From positions 5,513 through 69,512 of the IMG/VR virus record IMGVR_UViG_3300028388_003891: DNA of 64,000 bases, one strand, 5' to 3'. How positions within the stretch are numbered: the first letter of the stretch is position 1; every line of letters begins with the position of its first letter. Shown piece after piece: positions 1-10,043 of this stretch. The translations under genes and the position numbers were made by a program. Under the pieces are notes generated by a model. The model had not been told where the DNA came from, made no database searches, and was given only the letters and a program-made list of their open reading frames with translations. Source of the DNA: a virus. Taxonomy: Duplodnaviria; Heunggongvirae; Uroviricota; Caudoviricetes.

Positions 1-1
1 T

Positions 2-337
2 CCAGATAGTCAGACCATCATCGAACTATCAACATTCATTGCAAAAAATAATTCGTACGAAGCTTCACCTGGTAATCATGATGACACCGTGATGGCATTG
101 GTGCTCTTTGGTTACTACGCCACCAGCCCTATGTTTGAGCGTGAGTTCGAGAAAGACACCAAAACAATGATGTTTGGGGAAGAAGTTCGCAAGATGATTG
201 AAAAGGAGAAAGATTTAGAGCCACCTGAATTAGTGATCGATGCCGGTCACCGTGATTATAACACTTTCGATCGTCCAATTGATGATGTCGACGAATGGTT
301 CGGCGAGCAATCACGACTATACGTTGAACCGTGGTGA
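2..337 (+). CDS. Terminase large subunit, C-terminal fragment (gene truncated by the window start)
   Basis: The reading frame is open from the window edge. It contains the 'GNHDDTVMALVLFGY' (HDDxxxA) motif typical of terminase nuclease C-termini. It sits immediately upstream of sheath/tube/portal, as gp17 does in T4. Confidence 0.45.
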   Translation, partial: PDSQTIIELSTFIAKNNSYEASPGNHDDTVMALVLFGYYATSPMFEREFEKDTKTMMFGEEVRKMIEKEKDLEPPELVIDAGHRDYNTFDRPIDDVDEWFGEQSRLYVEPW

Positions 338-349
338 TCTTGCGCGTTT

Positions 350-357
350 TATAAATA
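350..357 (+). promoter_or_regulatory. T4-type late promoter box TATAAATA upstream of the sheath gene
   Basis: Exact TATAAATA about 55 nt upstream of the sheath ATG. A gp55 late sigma factor is encoded in this window. Confidence 0.5.
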
Positions 358-412
358 CCTTCCATGTGAATTACTTGCAATGATCTCTTAATAAAACGAA
401 AGGTATGAAATT

Positions 413-2185
413 ATGTCACTGACAGGCGCATCTTTGTCACCTGCCATTACAGTTCGCGAGATTGATCTGACGGGTGTTGCACCCAACGTTCCATCTTCAC
501 TCACTGGTATGGTTGGCGATTTTCAGTGGGGTCCTGTCGAAGAGCCAGTACGCGTTTCTAATGAAGGCGAGCTAGCTAGCAAATTCGGCACCCCAACAGC
601 TTCTAGCGCGGTTGACTATATGTCAGCTGCTCAATTCCTGCGTTACAGCGATGGTTTGATCCTCGTTCGTGCGGCTGACAGTGCTGCAGCCAACGCAAGT
701 ATGGATAGTGCTTCATCTATCACTATCAACAATCGTTCGGATTATGAATCTCAAAAAGCCACTCTGAGTGCAGGTGGCAACGGTCGCTGGATCGCAAAAT
801 ATCCTGGCGCTCTAGGTAACAGTCTAGCCGTTTCCATCTTCGCTATTGAAGACGGCGACAGCGCAAGTTCCGCCACGACTCTTTCTAACTGGAATAGTTG
901 GACCTACAAAGATCAATTTATTGGCATCCCCGGCACCAGTACGTGGGCTGCGAACACAACAGGAACTAACACCAACGACGAGATTCATGTAGCTGTAATT
1001 GATGAAGAAGGCTTGATCTCTGGCACTAAAGGAGCCGTTCTTGAAACCTTCGGATTCGTGTCAACAGCCGTTGGCGCTAAAACAGTTGATGGTGGCCGTA
1101 ATTATGTAGCAGACGTTATTAATAACGGATCTTCATATCTGTGGTTTGGTGGTCATGACGACTCGGCAAGTGTAGCGGGTACAAACTGGGGCACAGCGCC
1201 GGATGGTACAGTTAAGGACTACGCTACTGGCGTTTCATGGACCAATGCTACATCTGTTGAATCGTTGGGTGGTGGTGCAAACAGCGGAGTCCTCGGTACA
1301 TCAGAGTACGCACTAGCCTTCGATCAGTTTGAAAACAAAGATCAAATTGACGTACAAATCCTCGTAGCACCCGGACTAGACGCTGCTGCAGATCAAGTGA
1401 CGGTCGTGTCAGATGTTGTTAGCATTGCTGAAGACATCCGCAAGGACTGTGTCGTGGTGGCTTCACCTAACCGTAATGCAGTTGTTAACAACGCTAACCC
1501 TGTTGCGAGCACATTGACTACTACTAATCAGTATCCTGGTTCTAGCTACTTGGTAGTCGACAATAACTACTTGCAGGTGTTTGACAAGTACAACGACCAA
1601 AACATCTACATCCCTGCTGCATCAACCGTTGCTGGTCTGATGGCTGCTACGGACGCCAATTACGCGCCATGGTACAGCCCTGCTGGCGAACGTCGTGGTT
1701 TGATTTCTGGTGCTTCGGGTGTTTCATACTCTCCAACAAAAGCTGAAAGAGACGATCTGTACCGAGCCGGTGTCAACCCAATTGTTCAGTTTGCGGGCCG
1801 TGGCATTCTTTTGTTTGGCGATAAGACAAAACTGGATCGTCCATCAGCATTTGACCGCATTAACGTGCGTCGTCTGTTCCTCGCACTCGAGAAATCCATC
1901 TCGATCGCTGCTCGCAACGTGATGTTCGAGTTCAACGACGAATTTACACGTTCTGAATTTGTCAGTGTGATCGAGCCGATTCTTCGTGAGGTACAAGGCC
2001 GTCGAGGTATTACGGATTTCCGTGTGGTGTGTGATGAAACAAACAACACCCCTGCCGTCGTCGATCGCAACGAGTTGATCTGCACGATCTTCATTAAGCC
2101 CGCTCGGTCAATCAACTTCGTCACTCTCAACTTCGTCGCTGTACGTACTGGCGTCGATTTTGAAGAGGTTGTTGGAACGGTTTAA
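413..2185 (+). CDS. Tail sheath protein (T4 gp18-like)
   Basis: 590 aa. N-terminal 'SPAITVREIDLTG' sheath signature, C-terminal sheath-like domain, and position before the tube gene. Confidence 0.8.
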   Translation: MSLTGASLSPAITVREIDLTGVAPNVPSSLTGMVGDFQWGPVEEPVRVSNEGELASKFGTPTASSAVDYMSAAQFLRYSDGLILVRAADSAAANASMDSASSITINNRSDYESQKATLSAGGNGRWIAKYPGALGNSLAVSIFAIEDGDSASSATTLSNWNSWTYKDQFIGIPGTSTWAANTTGTNTNDEIHVAVIDEEGLISGTKGAVLETFGFVSTAVGAKTVDGGRNYVADVINNGSSYLWFGGHDDSASVAGTNWGTAPDGTVKDYATGVSWTNATSVESLGGGANSGVLGTSEYALAFDQFENKDQIDVQILVAPGLDAAADQVTVVSDVVSIAEDIRKDCVVVASPNRNAVVNNANPVASTLTTTNQYPGSSYLVVDNNYLQVFDKYNDQNIYIPAASTVAGLMAATDANYAPWYSPAGERRGLISGASGVSYSPTKAERDDLYRAGVNPIVQFAGRGILLFGDKTKLDRPSAFDRINVRRLFLALEKSISIAARNVMFEFNDEFTRSEFVSVIEPILREVQGRRGITDFRVVCDETNNTPAVVDRNELICTIFIKPARSINFVTLNFVAVRTGVDFEEVVGTV

Positions 2186-2190
2186 GTCGT

Positions 2191-2218
2191 GGGGGATTTG
2201 AAATCCCCCTTATAAATA
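2191..2218 (+). promoter_or_regulatory. Hairpin (GGGGGATTTGAAATCCCCC) followed by a TATAAATA late promoter box (2211-2218) upstream of the tube gene
   Basis: Perfect 9-bp inverted repeat directly after the sheath stop. TATAAATA begins about 2 nt after the hairpin. Confidence 0.45.
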
Positions 2219-2245
2219 CGACATAGCAATAAAGGAACAATACTA

Positions 2246-2782
2246 ATGGCTATTCTCGCAGTTGACGCGTTCAAAGAATCGCTTGTTGGAGGTGGTGCAC
2301 GTGCTAATATGTTTGAAGCCCGTGTCAGCAGCCCCGCAGCAGGTGGTGTAAGCATTCCAACTCCTCTGTTTACGTTTATGTGCCGTGCGGCTTCAATCCC
2401 AGGGCAAAACGTAGCACCAGTGCCGGTCATGTTTAAAGGCCGCGAAATCAAGGTTGCTGGCGATCGCGTTTTTGATCCGTGGACAATCACCGTGTATAAC
2501 GACACCAACTTTCAGATCCGCAATGAGTTCGAAAAGTGGTCGAACGCACTAAACTCTCACGCTGGAAACGTTGGTCAAGTAACCCCTGTCAGTTACATGG
2601 CTGACATGGAAGTAGATCAACTTGACCAAGATGGTACAGTGCTGCAAACGTACAAGTTTGTCAGTGCATGGCCTTCGGAGATATCACCAATTGAGCTGAC
2701 ATACGATCAGCAAGGTGCAATCGAAGAGTTTCAGGTTGTGATGCAGTACCAATACTGGACACATGAAGGAACCACATCCTAA
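2246..2782 (+). CDS. Tail tube protein (T4 gp19-like)
   Basis: 178 aa. Follows the sheath gene and has a RBS (AAAGGAACAA). Size and sequence style match the gp19 family. Confidence 0.7.
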   Translation: MAILAVDAFKESLVGGGARANMFEARVSSPAAGGVSIPTPLFTFMCRAASIPGQNVAPVPVMFKGREIKVAGDRVFDPWTITVYNDTNFQIRNEFEKWSNALNSHAGNVGQVTPVSYMADMEVDQLDQDGTVLQTYKFVSAWPSEISPIELTYDQQGAIEEFQVVMQYQYWTHEGTTS

Positions 2783-2809
2783 TCGTTCTGGCGATTAATG
2801 GAGTAAATT

Positions 2810-4471
2810 ATGGCTGATACTCGCGACGTCGCACCAGGCGGACTGCGTTTATTCGGGTTTGAAATCAAACGTGCTGGAGCACGTAAAAGAAAAGAGGACA
2901 ACCTTAAATCGGTTGTCCCTCCAACCGACCCTGACGGTGCGGGATACGTAACTACTTCGGGCAATTACTACGGTCACTACGTCGATATTGACGGCGGTGG
3001 CGTAAGTAGTAAAGATAACCGTACGTTAATTCTTACGTATCGCCGCATCGCTCACCATCCCGAGGTTGATATGGCGATTGAAGAGATCGTCAATGAAGCT
3101 ATCGTTACTGGTGACAACAAATCTCCTCTCGAGCTTAATCTTCAGCAAGCTGACATCTCTGATGGCATTAAGAAGAAGATGGAAACTGAGTTTTCAGCTA
3201 TCCTTCGTATGCTTAATGTTAATGAAGCAATTCACGACCTATTTAAGGCATGGTACATCGATGGGCGTTTGTTTCATCATCTAGTTGTGGACTCAAAAAA
3301 CCTCAAAGCTGGCATCCAGCAAATTAGGTATATTGACAGCTCGAAAATTAGGAAAATTCGCAACGTCAAGCGTGACAAGCACGACGCAACGGGTGTTGTA
3401 CTTATTGGCGATGTAGAAGAGTTCTATGTTTTTGAAGAGAAGGCTGGAAACCAATCGTCGCAAGTAAAGCTAGCTCCTGATAGTGTTAGCTACGTTACCT
3501 CTGGACAGCTTGATGAAAATCGCCGCAATGTGGTTTCATACCTTCATAAAGCGATAAAACCAGTCAACCAGCTTAGCATGATGGAAGACTCATTGGTCAT
3601 CTATCGTCTCGCTCGTGCGCCCGAACGCCGCATCTTTTATATTGATGTTGGAACCCTTGGCAAAGCACGCGCTGAGCAGTACATGCAAGGTATTATGTCA
3701 AAATATCGCAACAAGTTGGTGTATGATTCACAAACCGGCTTGATACGCGATGACCGCAAACATATGACAATGTTGGAAGACTTCTGGCTGCCGCGTCGTG
3801 AAGGTGGAAAAGGCACCGAAATATCAACATTGCCAGGTGGGGACAACCTCGGTCAAATCGACGACATCATATACTTCCAAAAGCGGCTTTATAAGGCTCT
3901 CAACGTTCCATTAAACCGGTTGGAACAAGAAGCTCAATTTTCATTGGGTCGTTCGAGTGAAATTACGCGCGACGAAGTGAAATTTCAAAAGTTTATCGAT
4001 CGCCTGCGTCTACGCTTTTCCTATTTGTTCCTTGATATTCTAAAACGCCAACTGCTGTTAAAGCAGGTTATGACAGAAGAAGAATGGGAAGCGATTGAAA
4101 CCAATCTTTTTGTTGATTATCAAAAAGATAACCACTTTTCTGAACTCAAAGATGCAGAAATCCTAAGAGAGAAGCTGCAAACATTAGATGCAGTTGCCCC
4201 GTATGTTGGCCAGTACGTGTCAAGAGAGTGGGTGTGGAAAAACGTCATGTTATTTGACGAAGACCAAATAGAAGAACTTGTTGCTCAGATTGAAGATGAC
4301 CAGAAAGAAATGGTCGTTCAGGGACAAGAACCTCACACAGGTGGTGTATCTGAACCGCCAGAACCCGAGCCACCTGAACAGGCAAATCAACAAGAGGAAA
4401 CCAACCCCCTCGAACAAGCTGAACTTGAGTTATACGAAACTCTTCAAGATTATGTAACAAAATTGAAGTGA
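2810..4471 (+). CDS. Portal protein (gp20-like)
   Basis: 553 aa with an acidic C-terminus. Syntenic position after sheath/tube, as in T4 (17-18-19-20). No motif-level proof. Confidence 0.55.
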   Translation: MADTRDVAPGGLRLFGFEIKRAGARKRKEDNLKSVVPPTDPDGAGYVTTSGNYYGHYVDIDGGGVSSKDNRTLILTYRRIAHHPEVDMAIEEIVNEAIVTGDNKSPLELNLQQADISDGIKKKMETEFSAILRMLNVNEAIHDLFKAWYIDGRLFHHLVVDSKNLKAGIQQIRYIDSSKIRKIRNVKRDKHDATGVVLIGDVEEFYVFEEKAGNQSSQVKLAPDSVSYVTSGQLDENRRNVVSYLHKAIKPVNQLSMMEDSLVIYRLARAPERRIFYIDVGTLGKARAEQYMQGIMSKYRNKLVYDSQTGLIRDDRKHMTMLEDFWLPRREGGKGTEISTLPGGDNLGQIDDIIYFQKRLYKALNVPLNRLEQEAQFSLGRSSEITRDEVKFQKFIDRLRLRFSYLFLDILKRQLLLKQVMTEEEWEAIETNLFVDYQKDNHFSELKDAEILREKLQTLDAVAPYVGQYVSREWVWKNVMLFDEDQIEELVAQIEDDQKEMVVQGQEPHTGGVSEPPEPEPPEQANQQEETNPLEQAELELYETLQDYVTKLK

Positions 4472-4475
4472 ACAA

Positions 4476-5483
4476 ATGTCCAACAAACTTGATCCTAAGG
4501 GTCTAGCATTTGCCATTGTTCTGATTAAAGAGCAAATCGCCAAGCTGTCAACAAAGTTTGATAGTCGCCTTGAAGAAGTAACTTTGACGCCTGGCCCTAA
4601 AGGGGAAAGAGGCGAACGAGGCCCCCGTGGTGAACAAGGACTGCAGGGTGAACGAGGTGCACGTGGTCGTCGTGGCGAAAAGGGCGACCAAGGACCCCAA
4701 GGGTTACAGGGGTTGCCTGGCAGTAAAGGAGACAGCGGCGAGCAAGGCCCTAAAGGCGAGCAAGGCCCTAAAGGCCCTAAAGGCGAGCAAGGCCCTCAAG
4801 GCCCTAAAGGCCCTAAAGGCGACAAAGGGGATCAAGGACCACAAGGCCCTAAAGGCCCTAAAGGCGAGCAAGGTGACCGTGGTCTAAAAGGAACTAGTGG
4901 CGACCAAGGCCCTAAAGGCGACAAAGGTGACCGAGGACCACATGGCCCTAAGGGCGACAAAGGTGACCGAGGACCACAAGGCCCTAAAGGCGACAAAGGA
5001 GATCAAGGACCGCCCGGCGAAACACCTGATATCACTGAGTTCATGTCCAAAGCTCAGGGACAGATCACGGCGTGGGAATCAAAGGCTAATAGAGCTCTAG
5101 CAACGTCCACGGCTGGCGGTGGTTCGTTTAAACTACTCGATAACAGCGACGTTGTTCGCAAGCAACTAAGCGAAGTTACTGACAAAGCAATCCTGATATA
5201 TGACGTAAATAAGGGTAAATTTGTAGTTAGTGACATTGAGGAAATTATACTTTCTCTTGGTCTTGGAGCCACACAGGTGCAGTACACACGTCTAATCGAC
5301 GCCGATGGCAATGACACATATATCGGCGAAGCAGTCCCCGGCAGTGATCCTAGTGCTGCAGTATGGCGCATCAAACGGGTGACAGAAGATCCTGTTACCG
5401 AAGACATTACCATTTTATGGGCTGATGGTTCTGCTGAGTTCACTTTCATCTGGGATGACCGACTGTCGTTCAATTATTCATAA
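4476..5483 (+). CDS. Collagen-like triple-helix repeat protein with a non-collagenous C-terminal domain
   Basis: About 55 consecutive Gly-X-Y triplets ([15 protein letters not shown]...) encoded by tandem nucleotide repeats between about 4560 and 5020. Followed by a globular C-terminal domain. Confidence 0.8.
   Translation: MSNKLDPKGLAFAIVLIKEQIAKLSTKFDSRLEEVTLTPGPKGERGERGPRGEQGLQGERGARGRRGEKGDQGPQGLQGLPGSKGDSGEQGPKGEQGPKGPKGEQGPQGPKGPKGDKGDQGPQGPKGPKGEQGDRGLKGTSGDQGPKGDKGDRGPHGPKGDKGDRGPQGPKGDKGDQGPPGETPDITEFMSKAQGQITAWESKANRALATSTAGGGSFKLLDNSDVVRKQLSEVTDKAILIYDVNKGKFVVSDIEEIILSLGLGATQVQYTRLIDADGNDTYIGEAVPGSDPSAAVWRIKRVTEDPVTEDITILWADGSAEFTFIWDDRLSFNYS
4737..5010 (+). repeat. Tandem 9/18-nt coding repeats (ggccctaaaggcgagcaa-type) of the collagen-like region
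   Basis: Direct nucleotide repeats visible in the sequence. They are coding ([12 protein letters not shown] units), not a CRISPR array. Confidence 0.8.
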
Positions 5484-5528
5484 ATACACCATAACTACAA
5501 AGCTAGTCGGCAACGGAGATAATAAAAA

Positions 5529-7328
5529 ATGCCAACCATCACAGATCCGGATCTGTTGAATGATTCCGCTGTAAACACTGGGAGCAATGAAGTATTCATT
5601 GACCCGGCGTTACGCACGATTCGCCTTAACAACGGTTCCAATAACTTAGATGAAACGGGCGTAACAGGTCAGGCTCTTTACTCCTTTCTCAAAGAAGAAT
5701 GGAAAGATGATACCAAAGGCAAGAACCTAATCGCGTATCCGTTCCCCCTTGTCGCAATTACCCCAGAGCAATTTGAATTTCGATCTGGTTGGCAGCCTGC
5801 CAACGACAGCTCACGCAACTTGATTCGCAATGCTGGCTGGAGAGAATTTGCCACTAACAACACCACTCTGAACCGAGAGTACATTGGTACAATTTCGCTC
5901 GGTTCAATCGACGGCGACCAATCTCAAACGGGAGGCGGCGATCAGGATTTTGCGTACTACGCGTTCTTCGATACAAGTGGTGCACCAGTTGCTGGTCCTT
6001 TCAACTTTGATTTCCCAGGACCAGTCAACCAGCCTGTACAAACGTACGACAGTTCCTCTTACGACTACCGTACCAACATTCTAACGATGTTCATCCGTCA
6101 ACCTGGAAAAACGTATGATCAGCAATCTACGGTTCAGATTGGTATTCCAGCTGGTGCAACACTACCGTATAACACCCAGCGTTTCCCTCTACAGGAAGCT
6201 GTTGATCTGAACGTAACTGTGTCAGATGCCACGATTGTAGCTAATGAAGGCGCTGGTGAAAAATACGACAGTAGCGATGTAAACGGCCCCACAATACAGT
6301 ACCTCAGCGACTCCGAGCTTTCTAATACGTTCGGCTATACGCAGGATCTTGTGGATGGTCCACACGGCTTTGGTATCAAGATCTCTGCAGAAGATGGAAC
6401 GGGTGGCTCTCTATCGCTGCAAGAGCTATATTCTTGGGTACAATACAAACTACGTCAAGAAGTTAATATCGAAGACAGCGCTGGATCTACCAAAGTTGGT
6501 AAACTGCAGGACCGCTTGCTACAGTTCGTTGGTCCTACCCTTGAAACCTTGAACGCTACAAACCTTGATGGTGGTGGCACCGGCACAGCAATTATCAACT
6601 TCTCAAACACCGACATCAACAACATTGGGCTTCGGGACAACACAGAAACTCTTCGTCCGTTCCCAATTCTGTCTTCTGGTACTCTTTCATTTTCTGATGA
6701 AATCGTACTTGACAGCGCCAATGCTTCGTACTTTGTTTTCTTTGAGTACACCAAATCTACAAGCGTTTCTGATTTGACAATTTCAGGTGTTGGTCCTTCA
6801 GCTGGCGATCCAGCTGTTGACAGTGCTGAATTTTCTTCATCAGCAACAGAACTGCCCCTACTTGCAGCTGATGATTATTTCCGTGTAACAGGTGCTTCCG
6901 ATCCAAACAACAACCAAGTGTGGCAAGTATCAGTATACCGTGACTCCAGCTCGTTCTCTGCTGTGACTTACGACGATCTTCCCGCAGCAAACGAAGGTCC
7001 GTTTGCCGGCACCATTCGAGAGCACCCAATCAATTCACCTGGAGCCTTGTTGGTAGACAGTGCAGGTACAACAACACCAAATACAGGCGGAATCACCGGC
7101 ACGTTGACTGGCGGTATTTCATCTGTGGCATTCTCCTATGACTATACTAACAACAGTCAAGGGGGTCGACCAAGTGGTGTTAACGCAGACACGGTTAACA
7201 TCTTGATCCGTGCTATTGGCTTGGATAATGGATCGTTTGTGGAACTGGCAGGTCAGACAATTACTGATCAAGCACAGACGTACTCAATTATCTCGGCTAT
7301 TGAGCGTAACTACGACAACCCAGCGTAA
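5529..7328 (+). CDS. Large virion structural protein (fibre- or decoration-like), function unknown
   Basis: 599 aa, rich in Ser/Thr/Gly/Asn with beta-rich character. Lies in the structural block, with a degenerate ATAAATA box at 5479-5486. Confidence 0.35.
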   Translation: MPTITDPDLLNDSAVNTGSNEVFIDPALRTIRLNNGSNNLDETGVTGQALYSFLKEEWKDDTKGKNLIAYPFPLVAITPEQFEFRSGWQPANDSSRNLIRNAGWREFATNNTTLNREYIGTISLGSIDGDQSQTGGGDQDFAYYAFFDTSGAPVAGPFNFDFPGPVNQPVQTYDSSSYDYRTNILTMFIRQPGKTYDQQSTVQIGIPAGATLPYNTQRFPLQEAVDLNVTVSDATIVANEGAGEKYDSSDVNGPTIQYLSDSELSNTFGYTQDLVDGPHGFGIKISAEDGTGGSLSLQELYSWVQYKLRQEVNIEDSAGSTKVGKLQDRLLQFVGPTLETLNATNLDGGGTGTAIINFSNTDINNIGLRDNTETLRPFPILSSGTLSFSDEIVLDSANASYFVFFEYTKSTSVSDLTISGVGPSAGDPAVDSAEFSSSATELPLLAADDYFRVTGASDPNNNQVWQVSVYRDSSSFSAVTYDDLPAANEGPFAGTIREHPINSPGALLVDSAGTTTPNTGGITGTLTGGISSVAFSYDYTNNSQGGRPSGVNADTVNILIRAIGLDNGSFVELAGQTITDQAQTYSIISAIERNYDNPA

Positions 7329-7379
7329 TGGCTGGATTTGATGGGGCTGCATAGCAGCCCCCTATTTTAGGAGTATACT

Positions 7380-7589
7380 ATGAGCACATACCTTACTGTT
7401 GAACAAGCAGCAGCGATAGTTGGATGCACACCTGATGAGCTGCTGTTCTATGCCCAGCAAGGTCGTCTGCGTCGCAGTCTTAATGAAACCGACACCACCA
7501 TCGACTGGCAATTCGTCTTTGAAGATGTGATAGCACTTAAAGATGCTCTTGAGCAGCAATCCACAGAAACGCAACTGCTCGAGGAATGA
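7380..7589 (+). CDS. Hypothetical small protein
   Basis: 69 aa with RBS 'TTTTAGGAG'. No recognisable family. Confidence 0.3.
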   Translation: MSTYLTVEQAAAIVGCTPDELLFYAQQGRLRRSLNETDTTIDWQFVFEDVIALKDALEQQSTETQLLEE

Positions 7590-7592
7590 GTT

Positions 7593-8054
7593 GTGGAATG
7601 TGGTGGCTGCACCGCATGTTGTGATGCGCTAGAAGTCAAGGACATCATTCTCGTCAAGCCAGCTGGCATCAAGTGTCCGCACTCTTGTGATATCGGCTGT
7701 AGCATATATGACAATCGACCACAAGGTTGTCGAGGCTTTGATTGTGTGTATCTTTTGGAACAGGATAGCCCATTAGAGCTTCGTCCTGACAAAACTGGAG
7801 TCATTTTCGAAAAAGTTACCACAAAAATATTCCTAGCACTAATTAAAGCAGAAAGCCTTGAAACGTGGGACACACCACTAATACGTCAATACATCAAACA
7901 ATTAAACAACAAGGGGATCTCCGTCGTTGTCAGCTCGTATGACAAGGGTTTGATGGAGGTGCACACAGCAGCTGCTCACACCCCTGACAAAGTTGTGCAA
8001 ATAACAATGAGATTGGCCAATCAATGGCAGCACCATCGTACTCAACAGACCTAG
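7593..8054 (+). CDS. Cys-rich protein with a CxxCxxCC-type putative zinc/iron-chelating domain
   Basis: N-terminus 'ECGGCTACCDALE...CPHSCDIGCSIYDNRPQGCRGFDC'. Ends with an in-frame TAG. Confidence 0.4.
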   Translation: MECGGCTACCDALEVKDIILVKPAGIKCPHSCDIGCSIYDNRPQGCRGFDCVYLLEQDSPLELRPDKTGVIFEKVTTKIFLALIKAESLETWDTPLIRQYIKQLNNKGISVVVSSYDKGLMEVHTAAAHTPDKVVQITMRLANQWQHHRTQQT

Positions 8055-10000
8055 CCATACACGACGACGCTACAAGCGCAGCTAACTTTAGCGAACCAAC
8101 GGGCATGACAGATCTCGATGGATCTGGCGTCGATGATACTGACCTTGCAATTTATGGAACGCAGTGCGTGTCAGAATCCATGCGTAAGACTGCGCTTGGA
8201 GCGCTTGTGACAGGACCTGCCGCGCGCACACTAGGCACTAATGAAGCGTTTTTTGTATGGTTTAAGTGGTTCGCCCCAAACTCCCTTGCCAACAAAGCAA
8301 ATGGAGGCATCCGAGTACTGATTGGCAACACAACCGCTAACTACTACGGATGGTATGTCGATGGCGCCGACACTTACCAGTACGGTGGTTGGAAAAACTA
8401 CTGTGTTGATCCTCGATTTACAAACGACGCACAACAACAGCAAGGCACCCCCAATACCACCTACCAGCAAGTAGGTATTGGCGTCAACTGCCCTATAGAC
8501 ACACCTCAAAAAGGTAACTCGTACACGATCGATATCATTCGATATGGTCGAGGACAGTTGCTAATTACGGATGGGGATGGCACACTTGGCTATGCGAACT
8601 TTGACAGTGCTGCTCTATTCAATGACTCTGTCAATGGTCGTTATGGCTTGTTCCAGGATCAGGGTGGCTCGTATCTGTGGAAAGGGCTGCTGTCGTTAGG
8701 TTCTTCGACAACCGCTGTTGATTTTAGAGATCAAAACGTCACGATCAATATCGACAATACAGAGTACGTTGACAGCGATTTCAACCGAATCGAGATCAGC
8801 AACGCTGGTTCAAATGTTGAGTGGACTGGCATTTCCATATCATCACTAAGCGCCCGTGCACGCGGTAACCTGCAAATGGTCGATGGTGCTGCCGTATCAA
8901 TGAACGGTTGTAATTTCAACGATATGGGGTACTTCAATTATAACCGCATATCCAACGTTGTCAACGTATCATCGACGTCATTTCGTCGATGTAATGTAGT
9001 ACGTCAAGGAGGGGCCACATTCACGGATTGTGTTTTTGAAGACACAAACGACTCTGCATATGCGTTGCATGTCAGCGATTCTGGAAATGATTTAAGTCTA
9101 ATAAGTGGTTGCACATTCACGGCCCGCGATCAAGGCCTTGGGGCCAATCACGCTATACGCCTTGGTCCCGTCAACCAAACTAAGACTATCTCTCTAGATA
9201 ATGTGACCTTGGAGGGGTACACAGCAGGAGCTACTGGAACTTTTAACGGCGTGACTGGTGGTGACAGTGCTGCTATTGAGGTTGGCGTAACTACCGGCAA
9301 CACGTTAACGATCAATGTGGTTAATGGATCGACGACGCCATCGATACAGAATACGGACACTGGCACTGTCGTCGTGCAAGCAGCGGTGACTGTATCCATT
9401 ACTGGGCTGTTGGGTAACAGCGAAATCAAAGTCCTGCCTACTGCAGGATCGCCTTACTCAGGTAACTCGCTCAATGATACATTAGATATCTCTACAGAAA
9501 ATGTGAGCGCCGACACTTTTATCGGTAATGGTACCGACTACATCTCCTACAACACTGGTGGCTCCAACGTATCCATCGATACCACTAACCTAGCTTTCTC
9601 TGGTGTCCTTAACGATGGTGACATCGCTGCCACAGCTTTAACAGCTGGTGATATCATCCGTGTAACTATTCGCGATAATGATGACAATTCGTCTCTACAG
9701 CTTTTTGATCAGTTTGAAGTATCAGGTACACCCACATCAACTAGTATAGCAACAACGACACTGTCCTCAGGGTTTGTGTCAGTGTTTGGAACGGCACTGA
9801 CAGGCTCTAATAGCAAAACGGTCACTGTGGAAAAGGTCAATGCGTCGTATCAATTCAGTGTATCGTCTGGCACCGAGATTGATTTCCTTGTATTCCGCAC
9901 CGGTTCAATTCCTATCCAAACCACACAGCAGACGATTACTGCTGATAACCGAACCTTTCCGTTATCGCAAAGTGGCGACCGTAACTTCGATAATCCGTGA
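8024..10000 (+). CDS. Large structural protein (tail-fibre-like), start uncertain
   Basis: 658 aa, Ser/Thr/Asn/Gly-rich. The 5' end overlaps the upstream ORF by 31 nt; an internal Met at about 8102 is an alternative start. Confidence 0.35.
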   Translation: MAAPSYSTDLAIHDDATSAANFSEPTGMTDLDGSGVDDTDLAIYGTQCVSESMRKTALGALVTGPAARTLGTNEAFFVWFKWFAPNSLANKANGGIRVLIGNTTANYYGWYVDGADTYQYGGWKNYCVDPRFTNDAQQQQGTPNTTYQQVGIGVNCPIDTPQKGNSYTIDIIRYGRGQLLITDGDGTLGYANFDSAALFNDSVNGRYGLFQDQGGSYLWKGLLSLGSSTTAVDFRDQNVTINIDNTEYVDSDFNRIEISNAGSNVEWTGISISSLSARARGNLQMVDGAAVSMNGCNFNDMGYFNYNRISNVVNVSSTSFRRCNVVRQGGATFTDCVFEDTNDSAYALHVSDSGNDLSLISGCTFTARDQGLGANHAIRLGPVNQTKTISLDNVTLEGYTAGATGTFNGVTGGDSAAIEVGVTTGNTLTINVVNGSTTPSIQNTDTGTVVVQAAVTVSITGLLGNSEIKVLPTAGSPYSGNSLNDTLDISTENVSADTFIGNGTDYISYNTGGSNVSIDTTNLAFSGVLNDGDIAATALTAGDIIRVTIRDNDDNSSLQLFDQFEVSGTPTSTSIATTTLSSGFVSVFGTALTGSNSKTVTVEKVNASYQFSVSSGTEIDFLVFRTGSIPIQTTQQTITADNRTFPLSQSGDRNFDNP

Positions 10001-10043
10001 CGTATGATAAATACTGCCAATAACTGTTTTTGGAAAACAAGCA

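Noticed and set aside
129-2130. Minus-strand ORFs (129-380, 1786-2130 and many similar 60-140 aa ORFs throughout) lying inside plus-strand genes
   Set aside because: They fall entirely within confidently assigned genes on the other strand and have no RBS or family signal. They are antisense artefacts of the six-frame track.
4560-5020. Tandem short direct repeats that could be mistaken for a CRISPR array
   Set aside because: The repeats are contiguous 9/18-nt units encoding Gly-X-Y collagen triplets inside an ORF, with no spacers. Not CRISPR.
8052-8110. Possible amber readthrough of the 7593-8054 ORF using the CUA tRNA
   Set aside because: Readthrough would add only about 18 residues before a TGA and does not join the downstream fibre gene frame. 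No evidence of a functional fusion.
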